Counted from the first letter of the stretch, positions 9,141 through 19,910 are shown. The stretch: DNA of 64,000 nucleotides from Candidatus Cloacimonadales bacterium (GCA_963677495.2 CAXXOU010000003.1:384001-448000), one strand, 5' to 3'. Notes: generated by a model not told the origin, from the letters alone. A program made the numbers and translations.

Positions 9141-11506
9141 TGTTTCCTTCTTATTAATTGGTAGCTTCCTACAGCCGTTGCAAGAATTGATAAAATCAAG
9201 CCAATCAAGCTTAATCTCAAACCTGTGTAATAACTCTTGGGCTTGAACTCCATTACTATCTCGTGATTACCTTCAGGTACTACTATACCTCGTAGAATTC
9301 CGTTCACAGGATATATTTCTGTTGCCTTTCCATCAATATATGCATTCCAACCTGCCGGGTAATATACTTCACTAACGACCATTAAGGCCTGTTTATCTGT
9401 TGTTGCATTAAATGCTAATCTATGAAGACCATATTCAGCAACTTTAACATCAGTATTTGTTGGAGTATTGACTTCAAGCACTTCTTTCTCAACTAATGCT
9501 GTATTAGCAGGATTAAATAGGTTGCTACTAACTTGGGCAGGTATCTTCGACAGTTCAGCGACTCTAACATTATCCACAAACCAGGCTTTTGGAAGTGCCA
9601 TTGGATTCTGGAACAATTTGAGTTCACCTTTAGTTACTAATGCTCTTCCTAAATCCTTTGTTGAAAGGATATATTTACCATTCATCATGTTTATGAAATT
9701 CATTGAATTAAAGTATTCCGGATTCTCCCAGTACTTCTGATATCTGGTGAGTTTAGCCCCATGATAACCTGAAGTTGTAGGAACAAATGCTGAGTAAGTA
9801 TTATCCATAGACTTCTCCGGATAGTGAAGCCTGTAATGACCATCTTGTTTCTGAATATAACGAGCAATAGAATCGGCTTTTAACTCTTTCTTTCTAGCTT
9901 TCTTCATATCATTCATATAGTTATTATCTACAATCTTCAAATCAATGAATACTGCTGCCATTATTAAGAGTAGATATGGTAACTGCTTTAGTTTCTTCAA
10001 GGAATACATCCAACTTAAGCCTAGTGTCAATACTCCGAACAGCACTGCTCTTATAATACCATTATATGCCATGTTTAATCTGACATCTTTCAATTGTTGT
10101 AGAATGTTTGCCGGATATTGAGCCTCTTTTGCAGTCATAAGGTCTGAGCCAGCCATAATAGAACGTCCTAAAACCAAACCAAGAACTGCTAATCCAACAA
10201 AACTGAAGAAGGTAATCTTCAACTGTTTCTGTGATTTCTTGTTTTGCGAGCTTAGAACAGCTTTCAAACCAAATCCTGCAAGAACAACTACAGCTCCTTG
10301 GCATACAACGAGTATTGTTACCGGTACTCTAAACTTGTTAAATCCAGGTAAGAATTTAAGGAGGAAGTCACTTAATCCGGGACTGTATTTTCCGAATGAC
10401 ATTAATGTAAATATTGCTAAAGAAATCCAGAGGAAGACAACCTCTTTCCGCCTATTAAGAACTAACGCTAATATTGCCAGAAGTAGTATTACCAATCCAA
10501 CATAATGATATACTTGAGTAAATGTCATCCATCCCCAGTAACCGGGTAAACCATATCGGTTCAACTCTCCTTTTACCGGAATAGAGATTCCCCCAAACAG
10601 ATCAGGTACAATAAAACTCCATAACTCAGCAGGATGTAGCGACCATCCTTGTGCATAATCTTTATCAAGACCTGTATCACCACCTCTAATCGTATATTTA
10701 GAATACTCATAAGTCGATAAAAATGGGTTCATTACTGCCATAGTTACAATTATAGCTGCTACTATGCCGAGAGCTGTGAATAAACCAAAATCTTTCATAT
10801 CCTTGCTCTTAAGTGCTAAGATAAGTTCATAAATCCAATAAACACCAACAAAAAGAAGTGTGTAATATGTTATTTGTAGATGATTAGCTCTGAACTGTGC
10901 GATAAGAAAAGCTGAAAAGAGTCCCAGACCAAGTAAGTTTCTCTTATCTCTTAGATAGAAAAGACTCCAGAAAATCCATGGGATAAACATAATAGCTCTA
11001 AACTTAGTATTATGCCCAATATCAAGAAGACCTACAACATGCCCTGTTAGCGCAAATGCCAGCCCCATTATAACTGCTATTAGTGCACCAAAACCAAAAT
11101 ATACACCAATAAGGTACATACCGGCTGCACCTAAGAAAAGATAGGTTAATCTCCAGTTTACTATCTTCTTGGATAAAGCTAAAGTCTCTTTAATAAAAGG
11201 ATACTTATTGGGCAATGATACCAAATAGGATGGCATTCCAGCAAATATATTTGGTGCCCAAAGTGCCTGATCCTTATGTTCTGCATTATAATCTTGTAGT
11301 ACTTTCGCTGAAGCTGCCCATTGCATACTGTCATGTGTCTTAGGTTCATAACCCTGGTATCCAATCTTAAAGAAAACAATACTCAATACTATAAATAGGA
11401 ACAATAATGCAACAATGTGCTGATACTTTTGGGGAAGTCCTAAACTATTATTCTCTTTTATTTCAGGCTGTATATTTACACTCTTCGAAGGTTTCTTCTT
11501 TGCCAT
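9131..11506 (-). CDS. YfhO-family multi-pass membrane protein (GT-C-like)
   Basis: About 12 TM segments; W.P.IFAGMP, GYHGAKL, SEVYYP.GW.AYIDG motifs. Confidence 0.85.
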   Translation of the reverse strand: MAKKKPSKSVNIQPEIKENNSLGLPQKYQHIVALLFLFIVLSIVFFKIGYQGYEPKTHDSMQWAASAKVLQDYNAEHKDQALWAPNIFAGMPSYLVSLPNKYPFIKETLALSKKIVNWRLTYLFLGAAGMYLIGVYFGFGALIAVIMGLAFALTGHVVGLLDIGHNTKFRAIMFIPWIFWSLFYLRDKRNLLGLGLFSAFLIAQFRANHLQITYYTLLFVGVYWIYELILALKSKDMKDFGLFTALGIVAAIIVTMAVMNPFLSTYEYSKYTIRGGDTGLDKDYAQGWSLHPAELWSFIVPDLFGGISIPVKGELNRYGLPGYWGWMTFTQVYHYVGLVILLLAILALVLNRRKEVVFLWISLAIFTLMSFGKYSPGLSDFLLKFLPGFNKFRVPVTILVVCQGAVVVLAGFGLKAVLSSQNKKSQKQLKITFFSFVGLAVLGLVLGRSIMAGSDLMTAKEAQYPANILQQLKDVRLNMAYNGIIRAVLFGVLTLGLSWMYSLKKLKQLPYLLLIMAAVFIDLKIVDNNYMNDMKKARKKELKADSIARYIQKQDGHYRLHYPEKSMDNTYSAFVPTTSGYHGAKLTRYQKYWENPEYFNSMNFINMMNGKYILSTKDLGRALVTKGELKLFQNPMALPKAWFVDNVRVAELSKIPAQVSSNLFNPANTALVEKEVLEVNTPTNTDVKVAEYGLHRLAFNATTDKQALMVVSEVYYPAGWNAYIDGKATEIYPVNGILRGIVVPEGNHEIVMEFKPKSYYTGLRLSLIGLILSILATAVGSYQLIRRKQWN

Positions 11507-11513
11507 CTATTAA

Positions 11514-12560
11514 TTACTCCTTATTAACATTACTACACATAATGTAATATATAAATCTAAGTTCTTTCACTTCTTTTGCTATAAGTGAAATAGTAGAAGC
11601 TATAGGTACAGCTAAAATCATTCCGACAGGTCCCCATACCCAAGACCAGAAGATCAGAGATATAAGTATTGTTATAGGTGAAAGATTCAATGCATCCCCC
11701 ATCACTTTGGGTTCTATTAGATTACCCATTCCAATTTGCAGTGAAGTCAATGCAATAGCTAATCCAACTACTTCCAAACCAAATCCATACTGAAGTAAAC
11801 AAACTGCAATTGGAAATGCTGAAGCTACTGTTGAACCAATATTGGGAACATAATTCAGGAAGAATAAAAGAACTCCGGATATAATTACAAAATCGACTTT
11901 AAATAGTGATACAATACCCATACCAATCAGAGCAGTTAAAAGACTAATAAGCGTTTTCCTACTAAGATAATATTGAATACTTCTCTCAATCGTTCTAAGG
12001 ATTCTATGAAAATCATTGTTTCTTTTTGTTCCTAATGCACTATTTATTCTACTACTTATTGAATCTCTTTCCAGCATAACGAAGATAAAGAAAACGAATG
12101 TAAGAAACACACTTATCGAGAAGCTCAGAAATGTACCCATAGTATTCGATAATATTTTGGTTAATGATAATCTATTTGCCACATTCATCCAATTTACATC
12201 ATTTACTAAATATGCTTTCACGTCAGTTATTGGTAAGTTTAGCTTTTCAATACCCATTTCTGCAGCAGATATCACTTTTGCTTCATATCTGGGCAGCTCC
12301 TCCATAAACCCATCAAAACTGGCAAAGAGTGTAATTCCAACAACGATACTGATTGAAACAAGAATTAGTACAGATAGCAGTAAACTTATAATTTTAGGTG
12401 TTTGTCTCTTAAACAACTTAGTTAGAGGACTGAAACTTATAGCAAGAAATCCTGCTATAGCTAAGGGGATAAAAATACCCTTTAATTCGCGTAAAATCAC
12501 GACAACAATCGCTAAGGCTATTATACTTAGCAAAACAACTACATATCTCATTTTATCCAT
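11514..12560 (-). CDS. AI-2E family transporter
   Basis: FFLNYVPNIG, GNLIEPKVMG..LNLSP, WGPVGMILAVP motifs. Confidence 0.9.
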   Translation of the reverse strand: MDKMRYVVVLLSIIALAIVVVILRELKGIFIPLAIAGFLAISFSPLTKLFKRQTPKIISLLLSVLILVSISIVVGITLFASFDGFMEELPRYEAKVISAAEMGIEKLNLPITDVKAYLVNDVNWMNVANRLSLTKILSNTMGTFLSFSISVFLTFVFFIFVMLERDSISSRINSALGTKRNNDFHRILRTIERSIQYYLSRKTLISLLTALIGMGIVSLFKVDFVIISGVLLFFLNYVPNIGSTVASAFPIAVCLLQYGFGLEVVGLAIALTSLQIGMGNLIEPKVMGDALNLSPITILISLIFWSWVWGPVGMILAVPIASTISLIAKEVKELRFIYYIMCSNVNKE

Positions 12561-13075
12561 GAATGTAGTGTCAATTATTGAGTTTTAATGTCAATGCTAA
12601 TTTAGAGTTATTTATAAATCATCTGGTTTATGAGAAATCTAGGTCTGATTCCCACACCCAACACTTTTTTAAGTTGAAGGCTCATGAATTCAGTATTGTG
12701 TTTTAAAAGATACACTCAGATATGTAGCTTTCCCATACCCTAACAATAAGGTATTTCTTAGCTATCTACAGGAATTTTTGCTGATTTTGTTGATTTTTAA
12801 TCTGAGTACGTATTTTTACAATCAACTCTTCCTAAACACTTTCAAAATAGTTTCTTATGCTCCAACTCAAGAGACTCCCTAGATTTAGTACTTGATTGCT
12901 CTCTCGTACCTGTAATTGTTCTTGTATCTTTACGTCATCTGAAACCAATCCGATTCCCATTCTCTGTAACGTGTTTCTAACGGGTAGCTAACGGGCATCT
13001 CATGGAATTGTGACAGTACAATCATTTGTATTGTCCTAAAACAATAACTCAAGTGCACTCAAGTGCACTCCCTAG

Positions 13076-13220
13076 TCTCAGCAGTAATTCTTTGTAATTT
13101 GATAGCGATATCTTGGTAATAACTTAGTAATAACTTAGTAATTAAACCAAGAATAGGCCAAGGATTGACCAAGGGTTGACCAAGTGTTTACCAAGTGTTT
13201 ACCAAGAATTACTGCTGAGA
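13076..13220. repeat. Inverted-repeat element enclosing opposed arrays of 11-bp-phased repeats
   Basis: 22-bp terminal IR (TCTCAGCAGTAATTCTTTGTAA / TTACCAAGAATTACTGCTGAGA, 1 mismatch). CTT(G/A)GTAAT units at 13112, 13123, 13134; CCAAG units at 13147, 13158, 13169, 13180, 13191, 13202. Confidence 0.85.
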
Positions 13221-13661
13221 AGAGAGAGGGTAGTATAGCATAAAAACATTAGAATAGGGCAGTTAAAAATCAGAAATAACTATAGATTATTTAATAATGA
13301 TTATTACCTGCCAGCTTGTCCAACTAACGGAATGCATTTTGAAGCAAATGTGCTCTGAGATAATTGCTAAAGACTTCTCAGATTAACTCTGATGTATTTA
13401 TTCCCACGTTACCAATTGATTCTTCGTAGAGGTCCAACAACTTCTCCCTTGATAATAGATTATGTATCAGTTAACTTGATAGATCCAGTTAAAGCTGTAT
13501 ATTAGCACTAGGCTGGCTATGCTTCAATATTGCACAATATGTTCAAGTTGTATGCACACGCTAATCCATTGTTTGAAAAGCAGATTGATTAATTTCATTT
13601 GACGGTAATTACATAGTATATAATTTGGGAAACTGAATAAATATCACAATGAAGAGGTACC

Positions 13662-13913
13662 ATGATTAAGGCTAAAGTTTATATTACCCTGAAACCAAGC
13701 GTTCTTGACCCTCAGGGAAAGGTTGTAATGAACACATTACACAGTTTAGGACACGAAGGTGTGAGTGATGTTCGCGTAAGTAAATTCATTGAAATTAAAT
13801 TCGATAACAATAATGAAGAAGAAGTAAAAGCTGAATTAGAAAAGATTTGTGACAAAGTTCTCGCAAATCCTAATACAGAAACCTATTATTACGAACTCGA
13901 AACAGGTAAGTAA
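13662..13913 (+). CDS. purS: Phosphoribosylformylglycinamidine synthase subunit PurS
   Basis: LKPSVLDPQG and LANP motifs. Confidence 0.95.
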   Translation: MIKAKVYITLKPSVLDPQGKVVMNTLHSLGHEGVSDVRVSKFIEIKFDNNNEEEVKAELEKICDKVLANPNTETYYYELETGK

Positions 13914-13916
13914 ACA

Positions 13917-14606
13917 ATGAGAATTAATGTTATCATGTTTCCCGGCTCCAACTGTGACGGTGATGCTTTTCATATTAGCAAGATTCGCGGTCATGAAGTT
14001 GAGTTTGTATGGCACAAAGATACAGAACTGAAGAATCCGGATATGGTTTTCCTACCGGGTGGTTTTTCTTACGGTGATTATCTCCGTTGTGGAGCAATCG
14101 CAAAGCATTCTCCAATTATCCAAAAGGTGATTGAGTTTGCTAATGCCGGTGGACTTGTAATTGGTGTTTGTAACGGTTTCCAGATACTTACAGAAACAGG
14201 GCTCTTACCAGGAGCTTTAATGCAGAACAGAGACCTTGAATTTATCTGTAAACATCAGACAATACGAGTTGAAACTCAAGATTCACCATTTACAAACGCT
14301 TGTTCAAAAGAACAGGTTATTGATATTCCAATCGCTCATAAAGAGGGAAACTACTTTATCGATGAAGCAGGATTGAAAAGCTTGCAAGAGAACAACCAGA
14401 TTCTTTTCCGTTATTGTGATGAAACCGGTAATGTAACTGATGAAGCTAATCCTAATGGTGCTGTTGATAATATTGCAGGTATCTGTAATAAGAACCGCAA
14501 TGTTCTTGGAATGATGCCTCACCCGGAAAGAGCAGCTGAAGATGTTGTTCCAAGTGTTGATGGTAAGATAATCTTCGAATCAATAGAGAAGTTTTTAGGC
14601 CTTTAA
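13917..14606 (+). CDS. purQ: Phosphoribosylformylglycinamidine synthase subunit PurQ
   Basis: [32 protein letters not shown] motifs. Confidence 0.96.
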   Translation: MRINVIMFPGSNCDGDAFHISKIRGHEVEFVWHKDTELKNPDMVFLPGGFSYGDYLRCGAIAKHSPIIQKVIEFANAGGLVIGVCNGFQILTETGLLPGALMQNRDLEFICKHQTIRVETQDSPFTNACSKEQVIDIPIAHKEGNYFIDEAGLKSLQENNQILFRYCDETGNVTDEANPNGAVDNIAGICNKNRNVLGMMPHPERAAEDVVPSVDGKIIFESIEKFLGL

Positions 14607-15337
14607 TGATAACCAAAGTTTCTGCAATGTGCAAAGGATTGAAAGAGATAATTAATCTTAATCTTCTCTTTCCACCTGTATGCCAGCATTGTGGAGATAG
14701 AATAGATAAATCTGATGACTATCTTTGTGACAGTTGCTCAGAGAAGTTAATGCTACTTGAACCTAACTTATGCCCCTATTGCGGGAAAAAGATGGTTCGA
14801 GGTGAATGTTTTGACTGCGGAAGACCGGAAGAACCTTGGACAGAAGCACAGGCTATATTTGCTTATAGAGACAGCCTTAGAGCTTTGATCCATAGTTTAA
14901 AATATGATGGTAAACGTGGAATTGCCAAGTTCCTAGCTAAGAAGACATCTGAATGGTTGCAACAAAACAGAATATTTACTGATGCAAACCTAATTTTACC
15001 AATCCCTTTGCATAGGGTAAGGTTGAAAGAAAGGGGATTTAACCAGTCTGCTATCATATCGAAGTATATTGCAAAAATGCAGAACTGGTCATTTAGTGAT
15101 TCATCATTGATTAGAAACAGAGCAACAACCAAGCAGTCAAAAGTTGCCGATCATGAGCGTGCTATGAATGTTCATAACGCCTTCTCAGTAAAGAAGCCGG
15201 AATTGATACTTAGTAACAATGTCGTGTTACTTGATGATATTTTTACATCAGGTTCAACAATGCGAGAAGTATGTAACGTTGTGAACAAGTGTAACCCTAA
15301 AAGACTTTATGTATTAACAATAGGGAAAGTATGTTAA
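14606..15337 (+). CDS. comF: ComF family protein (double zinc ribbon + PRTase)
   Basis: CxxC pairs, RGFNQS, LLDDIFTSGST. Confidence 0.9.
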   Translation: MITKVSAMCKGLKEIINLNLLFPPVCQHCGDRIDKSDDYLCDSCSEKLMLLEPNLCPYCGKKMVRGECFDCGRPEEPWTEAQAIFAYRDSLRALIHSLKYDGKRGIAKFLAKKTSEWLQQNRIFTDANLILPIPLHRVRLKERGFNQSAIISKYIAKMQNWSFSDSSLIRNRATTKQSKVADHERAMNVHNAFSVKKPELILSNNVVLLDDIFTSGSTMREVCNVVNKCNPKRLYVLTIGKVC

Positions 15338-15720
15338 ACGAAGAAAGCTTCATTGTAGAAGTACCAAGAGAAAAAGCTTTAATGCTTATTGATAAGGCAG
15401 CCAGGTTCTTTGTTGAAAGAAAGCTTACTCCTGCCGCTATCATGACAATTGAGTCACTAAAACCGCTTCATGGGATTACAAGTGCAGCAATGTATGCTGT
15501 GTTACCGGTGATGGAGTTGATATTCGATTCAAAGAGTTATCAGGAATTTGCTGTAATACTTGAAAATCGTGAATATGTGAATCTGCTTGTGAAACGCATT
15601 GAAGATATAGATGATGAGATGTATTGGGAAGAGCGCGAGAAGAATCGTGCAATCCGGATTAAACGACGCAAGCAGTTTAGAAACTGGTTAAGAAGAATAT
15701 TTAAAATAAATAAAAAATAA
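15331..15720 (+). CDS. Conserved hypothetical protein
   Basis: 129-aa ORF overlapping the comF stop, with a basic C-terminal tail; lies directly upstream of the GlmL-like gene. Confidence 0.7.
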   Translation: MLNEESFIVEVPREKALMLIDKAARFFVERKLTPAAIMTIESLKPLHGITSAAMYAVLPVMELIFDSKSYQEFAVILENREYVNLLVKRIEDIDDEMYWEEREKNRAIRIKRRKQFRNWLRRIFKINKK

Positions 15721-15734
15721 TAGCGGAGGAGTGT

Positions 15735-17597
15735 ATGCAATATCCAAAAGAGAAACTTACCAGGATTATTGCTACGGACTGTGGTAGTACCACAACCAAA
15801 GCGATCCTCATTGAGTATGTTGACGGTGAATATCGTCAAACTGTTAGAGGTGAATCCCCAACTACGGTGGAATCACCCCTTAACGATGTTACTCGAGGTG
15901 TCCTGAATGCTGTGCAAGAGCTTGAAGAGCTTGCACGTTTAAAATATAACAATGACAACATTAAGCTAATTGAAAATGATAAGCTTGTTATCCCAAGAGA
16001 TGGAGACTTAGGTGCTGATGCTTATGTTTCTACATCTTCTGCAGGTGGTGGTCTCCAGATGATGGTGACAGGTGTTGTTGCAAAGATGACCGGTGAATCT
16101 GCTGAGCGTGCTGCTCTCGGTGCCGGTGCTATCGTTATGGACCTTATCGCTTCAAATGATAAGAGAATGAATCACCAAAAGATTGAACGTATCAGACAGC
16201 TTCGTCCGGATATGATTCTTATGGCCGGTGGTGTTGACGGTGGAACAACTAAACACGTTGTGGAGATGGCTGAGCTTGTTGCTGCTGCTGACCCTAGACC
16301 ACGTCTTGGATCCTCTTATAACCTTCCTGTTATTTTTGCAGGTAATACAAAAGCTGTTGATGAGATTAAAGAAACTCTCGATAAGAAGGTTGACCTTATC
16401 GTTACTGATAACTTAAGACCTACTCTTGAGAACGAAAATCTCGGACCGGCTCGTGATAAAATTCATGACCTCTTCCTTGAGCACGTTATGCAACAGGCTC
16501 CCGGTTATAGCAAATTAATGTCTTGGGCAATCGGTCCTGACCACAAAACGGTTCCAATTATGCCTACACCTGCTGCTGTGGGTAACATCATGCAGACTAT
16601 CGCTAAGATGAACCAGATTGAGGTTCTTGGTGTGGATATCGGTGGTGCTACAACTGACGTATTCTCAGTTTTCACTGATGAGTATATCTTCAACCGTACA
16701 GTTAGTGCTAACCTTGGTATGAGTTATTCTATCTCTAACGTTCTTGCATCTGCAGGACTTGATAATATCTTACGTTGGGTTCCATTCGATATTGATAAGA
16801 AAGAACTCCGTAACATGATTAAGAATAAGATGATCCGTCCTACAACAATTCCTGCTAAAGCTACTGAACTTGTGCTTGAACAGGCAATTGCTAAAGAAGC
16901 TCTTCGTCTTGCTCTTATTCAACATAAAGAATTTGCTGTTTCGCTTAAGGGTGCTCAGCAGCAACGTGACATCTCTCAGGCTTTCGCTCAGAGCGAAACA
17001 GGTGCTACTATCGTTAACATGTCTACTCTTGATCTTCTTGTTGGTTCTGGTGGTGTTTTATCACATGCTCCACGTAGAAATCAGACTGTTATGATGATGA
17101 TTGATGCCTTCTTACCAGAATGTGTAACTCGTCTTGCTGTGGATTCAATCTTCATGATGCCTCACCTTGGTGTGATTGCATCTATCAATGAAGAAGCAGC
17201 TACTGAAGTATTTGATAAAGACTGTATGGTTTACCTTGGAACATGTGTTGCTCCTGTTGGTAAAATTAAAGAAGATGCTATTGCTCTTGAAGCTAAACTT
17301 ACACTACCTGATGGTTCTACATTCGATGAGAAGATTCCATTCGGTGAAGTAAGAATGATTCCTTGTGGTGTTGGTGAAAAAGCTAAAGCTGTACTTAAAC
17401 CGGGTCGTGGACTTGATGTCGGTGCCGGTAAAAACCAAGTACTTGAAACTGAGCTTCATGGTGGCGTTGTTGGTATCGTTCTTGATACTCGTGGACGTAG
17501 ACCATTTGTTTTACCTGTGGAAGCACAGCAGCGTGTGCCTCGTCTCCTTAAGTGGATGAAAGAGTTCAAAGCATACCCTGAAACAATGTTGGATTAG
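15735..17597 (+). CDS. GlmL/MutL-like (glutamate mutase L family) ASKHA ATPase
   Basis: TDCGSTTTK phosphate-1, SSAGGGL, GGVDGG, DIGGATTDVFS phosphate-2, RTVSANLGMSYS, GSGGVLSHAP; GGAGG RBS. Confidence 0.85.
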   Translation: MQYPKEKLTRIIATDCGSTTTKAILIEYVDGEYRQTVRGESPTTVESPLNDVTRGVLNAVQELEELARLKYNNDNIKLIENDKLVIPRDGDLGADAYVSTSSAGGGLQMMVTGVVAKMTGESAERAALGAGAIVMDLIASNDKRMNHQKIERIRQLRPDMILMAGGVDGGTTKHVVEMAELVAAADPRPRLGSSYNLPVIFAGNTKAVDEIKETLDKKVDLIVTDNLRPTLENENLGPARDKIHDLFLEHVMQQAPGYSKLMSWAIGPDHKTVPIMPTPAAVGNIMQTIAKMNQIEVLGVDIGGATTDVFSVFTDEYIFNRTVSANLGMSYSISNVLASAGLDNILRWVPFDIDKKELRNMIKNKMIRPTTIPAKATELVLEQAIAKEALRLALIQHKEFAVSLKGAQQQRDISQAFAQSETGATIVNMSTLDLLVGSGGVLSHAPRRNQTVMMMIDAFLPECVTRLAVDSIFMMPHLGVIASINEEAATEVFDKDCMVYLGTCVAPVGKIKEDAIALEAKLTLPDGSTFDEKIPFGEVRMIPCGVGEKAKAVLKPGRGLDVGAGKNQVLETELHGGVVGIVLDTRGRRPFVLPVEAQQRVPRLLKWMKEFKAYPETMLD

Positions 17598-17606
17598 GAG
17601 GAAAGA

Positions 17607-18737
17607 ATGGCACAAGCATATTCAGCAGGATTGACAGTTACTGACAGTATTGTACTTAGAAAAGAAAGAATTCTTCCTATCAAGGGTAAAGTCCTTGTGA
17701 AGGTTGGAGATAAAGTAAAGGCTGAAGACCTCGTAGCTGAGACACTCTTACCTGGTAATGTTATCCCAGTGAAACTTGCCAATAAGATGGGTTGTACAGC
17801 AGAACAGCTTCAGACTTACTTAAAAATTAAACCGGGTGATGAGATTAAGAAAGACCAAATTCTTGCTGAGAATAATGGTTTCTTAGGTCTTGGATTCTGG
17901 AAAAATAGCTATAAATCACCAACAGATGGTGAGGTTGAAAGTATTTCAAAACACACAGGACAGATGCTTCTTAGAGAACCAAGAATTCCGATTCAGGTTA
18001 AGGCATTTATCGATGGTGTTGTTACCGAAGTTATCCCTGAAGAGGGTGTTGTTATCGAGAATAAATCAGCCTATATCCAAGGTATCTTTGGTATTGGTGG
18101 TGAAACTTTCGGTGAAATCAAAGTCCTTGCAAAGAACCCAACTGATTCCCTTGAAGCAAGTATGATTACTGAGGCTTGCAAAGGTAAACTTGTTGTTGGT
18201 GGTAACCTTGTAACTCTTGATGCTATTAAAAAAGCTAATGAGATTGGTGTTTCTGCTATCATTACAGGTGGTATTGAAGACCAGGATATCAAAGAACTTC
18301 TTGGATATGACATTGGTGTTGCTATCACAGGTCACGAAGAGATCAACACAACTATCGTTGTTACTGAAGGTTTCGGTCCTATCAATATGGCTCGTAAGAC
18401 TTTCGATCTTCTTAAGAGCTTTGAAGGCAAAAAAGCATCATGCCACGGTAAGACACAGATCCGTGCCGGTGTTATGAGACCTGAAGTTATCATCCCTCTT
18501 GAATTCCAAGAAGATGAGCTTAATGTGAAAGAAGCTAAGATGCCTACACTCGAAGTTGGTTCAACTATCCGTGTTATCAGACAGCCTAACTTCGGTAGTA
18601 TTGGTAAAATCACAGGCTTACCAGAGAAACTTACACAGGTTGATTCAGAAACTTGGGTTCGTGTTCTTGAAGCTGAACTTGAAAGTGGTGAGAAAGTTGT
18701 TATTCCACGTGCGAACGTTGAAGTTATCGACGAATAG
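17607..18737 (+). CDS. Conserved hypothetical partner of the GlmL-like protein (barrel-sandwich-hybrid repeats, C-terminal KOW-like domain)
   Basis: VLVKVGDKVKAEDLVA and KSPTDGEVESI lipoyl-like motifs; C-terminal VGSTIRVIR...G..GKI; GGAGG RBS 9 bp after the previous stop. Confidence 0.75.
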   Translation: MAQAYSAGLTVTDSIVLRKERILPIKGKVLVKVGDKVKAEDLVAETLLPGNVIPVKLANKMGCTAEQLQTYLKIKPGDEIKKDQILAENNGFLGLGFWKNSYKSPTDGEVESISKHTGQMLLREPRIPIQVKAFIDGVVTEVIPEEGVVIENKSAYIQGIFGIGGETFGEIKVLAKNPTDSLEASMITEACKGKLVVGGNLVTLDAIKKANEIGVSAIITGGIEDQDIKELLGYDIGVAITGHEEINTTIVVTEGFGPINMARKTFDLLKSFEGKKASCHGKTQIRAGVMRPEVIIPLEFQEDELNVKEAKMPTLEVGSTIRVIRQPNFGSIGKITGLPEKLTQVDSETWVRVLEAELESGEKVVIPRANVEVIDE

Positions 18738-18759
18738 TCATTGCTAAGAATAAATATCG

Positions 18760-18787
18760 AGCCCTGCATGAATGCAGGGCTTTTTTG
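18760..18787 (+). terminator. Rho-independent terminator
   Basis: AGCCCTGCAT-GA-ATGCAGGGCT followed by a T run. Confidence 0.85.
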
Positions 18788-19097
18788 TTTATAAAAAGAT
18801 AGTAGATCTGATATCAAAAGTAATCAATCATAAGAACTGAATCAGATTGTTAAATCAATTCAATTGTTACAGTGAACACCTATACATTATACTCAGTGAT
18901 TCAGTAATGGTACCGTAAGTACGTTTTTTCAACTGAACCAACTGTTAAATGGTCTGCATGCAGTTAATGCTTAGTTCTGCTGCTTTCTATCGACTTGAAA
19001 CTTTGATTACTCCTATAAAGACTTCAAAGGGCTTCCCTTCAGTTAAGTATAAGGGTTTCTCACCATCCATCGGCTCAGTAAACATTCTGGGCAAACC

Positions 19098-19125
19098 AAA
19101 AAGGGAACCTAAACAGGTTCCCTTT
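19098..19125 (-). terminator. Rho-independent terminator
   Basis: AAAGGGAACCT-AAAC-AGGTTCCCTTT directly after the 19140 stop. Confidence 0.8.
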
Positions 19126-19139
19126 GATAATTTCATCCT

Positions 19140-19910
19140 TTATTTCAATAACATCATCTTTTGGGTAATATTGCTTCTCTCTGTTTCAATCCTATAGAAA
19201 TATATTCCAGAAGAGACAGATTTATTATTCTTATCTGTGCCATCCCATCTAATTGTGTGATACCCGGAATCAAAATGGTCATTAGCTAATTGCTTAACTT
19301 TCTGTCCTCTGATATTATAAACGCTCAGTTTTACATCTGATTGTTCAGGTAGATAGTATTTAATTGTGGTCTCAGGATTAAATGGATTTGGGTAGTTATT
19401 CAATGTAACCTTTGTAGGTAGTGGAGTATTCACATAATCCTCAGCATTGAATCCTAGAAGACTATTGTATCTAGTCCAGCATTCTGAGTTCTTACGCATT
19501 ACTCTTTTAATACGCTTCATTTTATTTTCCACACTATCCTGACTTTTTGCTGAACTCTCAATTATCTCAAGTAGTTCAATATTGTTTGAATCCATTGTTG
19601 CACACAATTGATCTAGCTCAGAATCGGGATTATCGATACGGTCTTGAACAATCACTTTTGCTCCATCTTTATCACCAACAGCAATCTTACATTTCTTAAT
19701 ATAATCAGATAAAAGTGCTATGTAGTCAGCTTCTTCTGTCACAGTTAAATATGTTGGAAGATTGTCTATAAGGGATTGATAGAATATTACTAACAAATCA
19801 AAATCACCTTTTATTATACCGGTAATACTAAAAGCTTTATCCATACATAAGCCCCAATCCTTTTGCTCCTCTACCAGCTGATCTATTAGAATTGCTCTGT
19901 AAATGTTCAA
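19140..19910 (-). pseudogene. Probable 5'-truncated secreted protein retaining its FlgD/T9SS-like CTD
   Basis: Intact CTD (NYPNPFNP...YNIRGQKV...WDGTD...SSGIYFY...KMMLLK), but a TTG start with no signal peptide or obvious RBS and an in-frame TAA 14 codons upstream. Confidence 0.55.

Noticed and set aside
12016..12588. 190-aa plus-strand ORF
   Set aside because: Antisense shadow of the AI-2E transporter gene.
13076..13220. Possible CRISPR array
   Set aside because: Units are 11 bp with no unique spacers, and there are no cas genes in the window.
13230..13660. Purine or ZTP riboswitch upstream of purS
   Set aside because: No recognisable consensus for either aptamer was found by eye.
18949..19197. 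82-aa plus-strand ORF
   Set aside because: It runs through a terminator hairpin and overlaps the CTD gene antisense; it has no RBS or recognisable motif.
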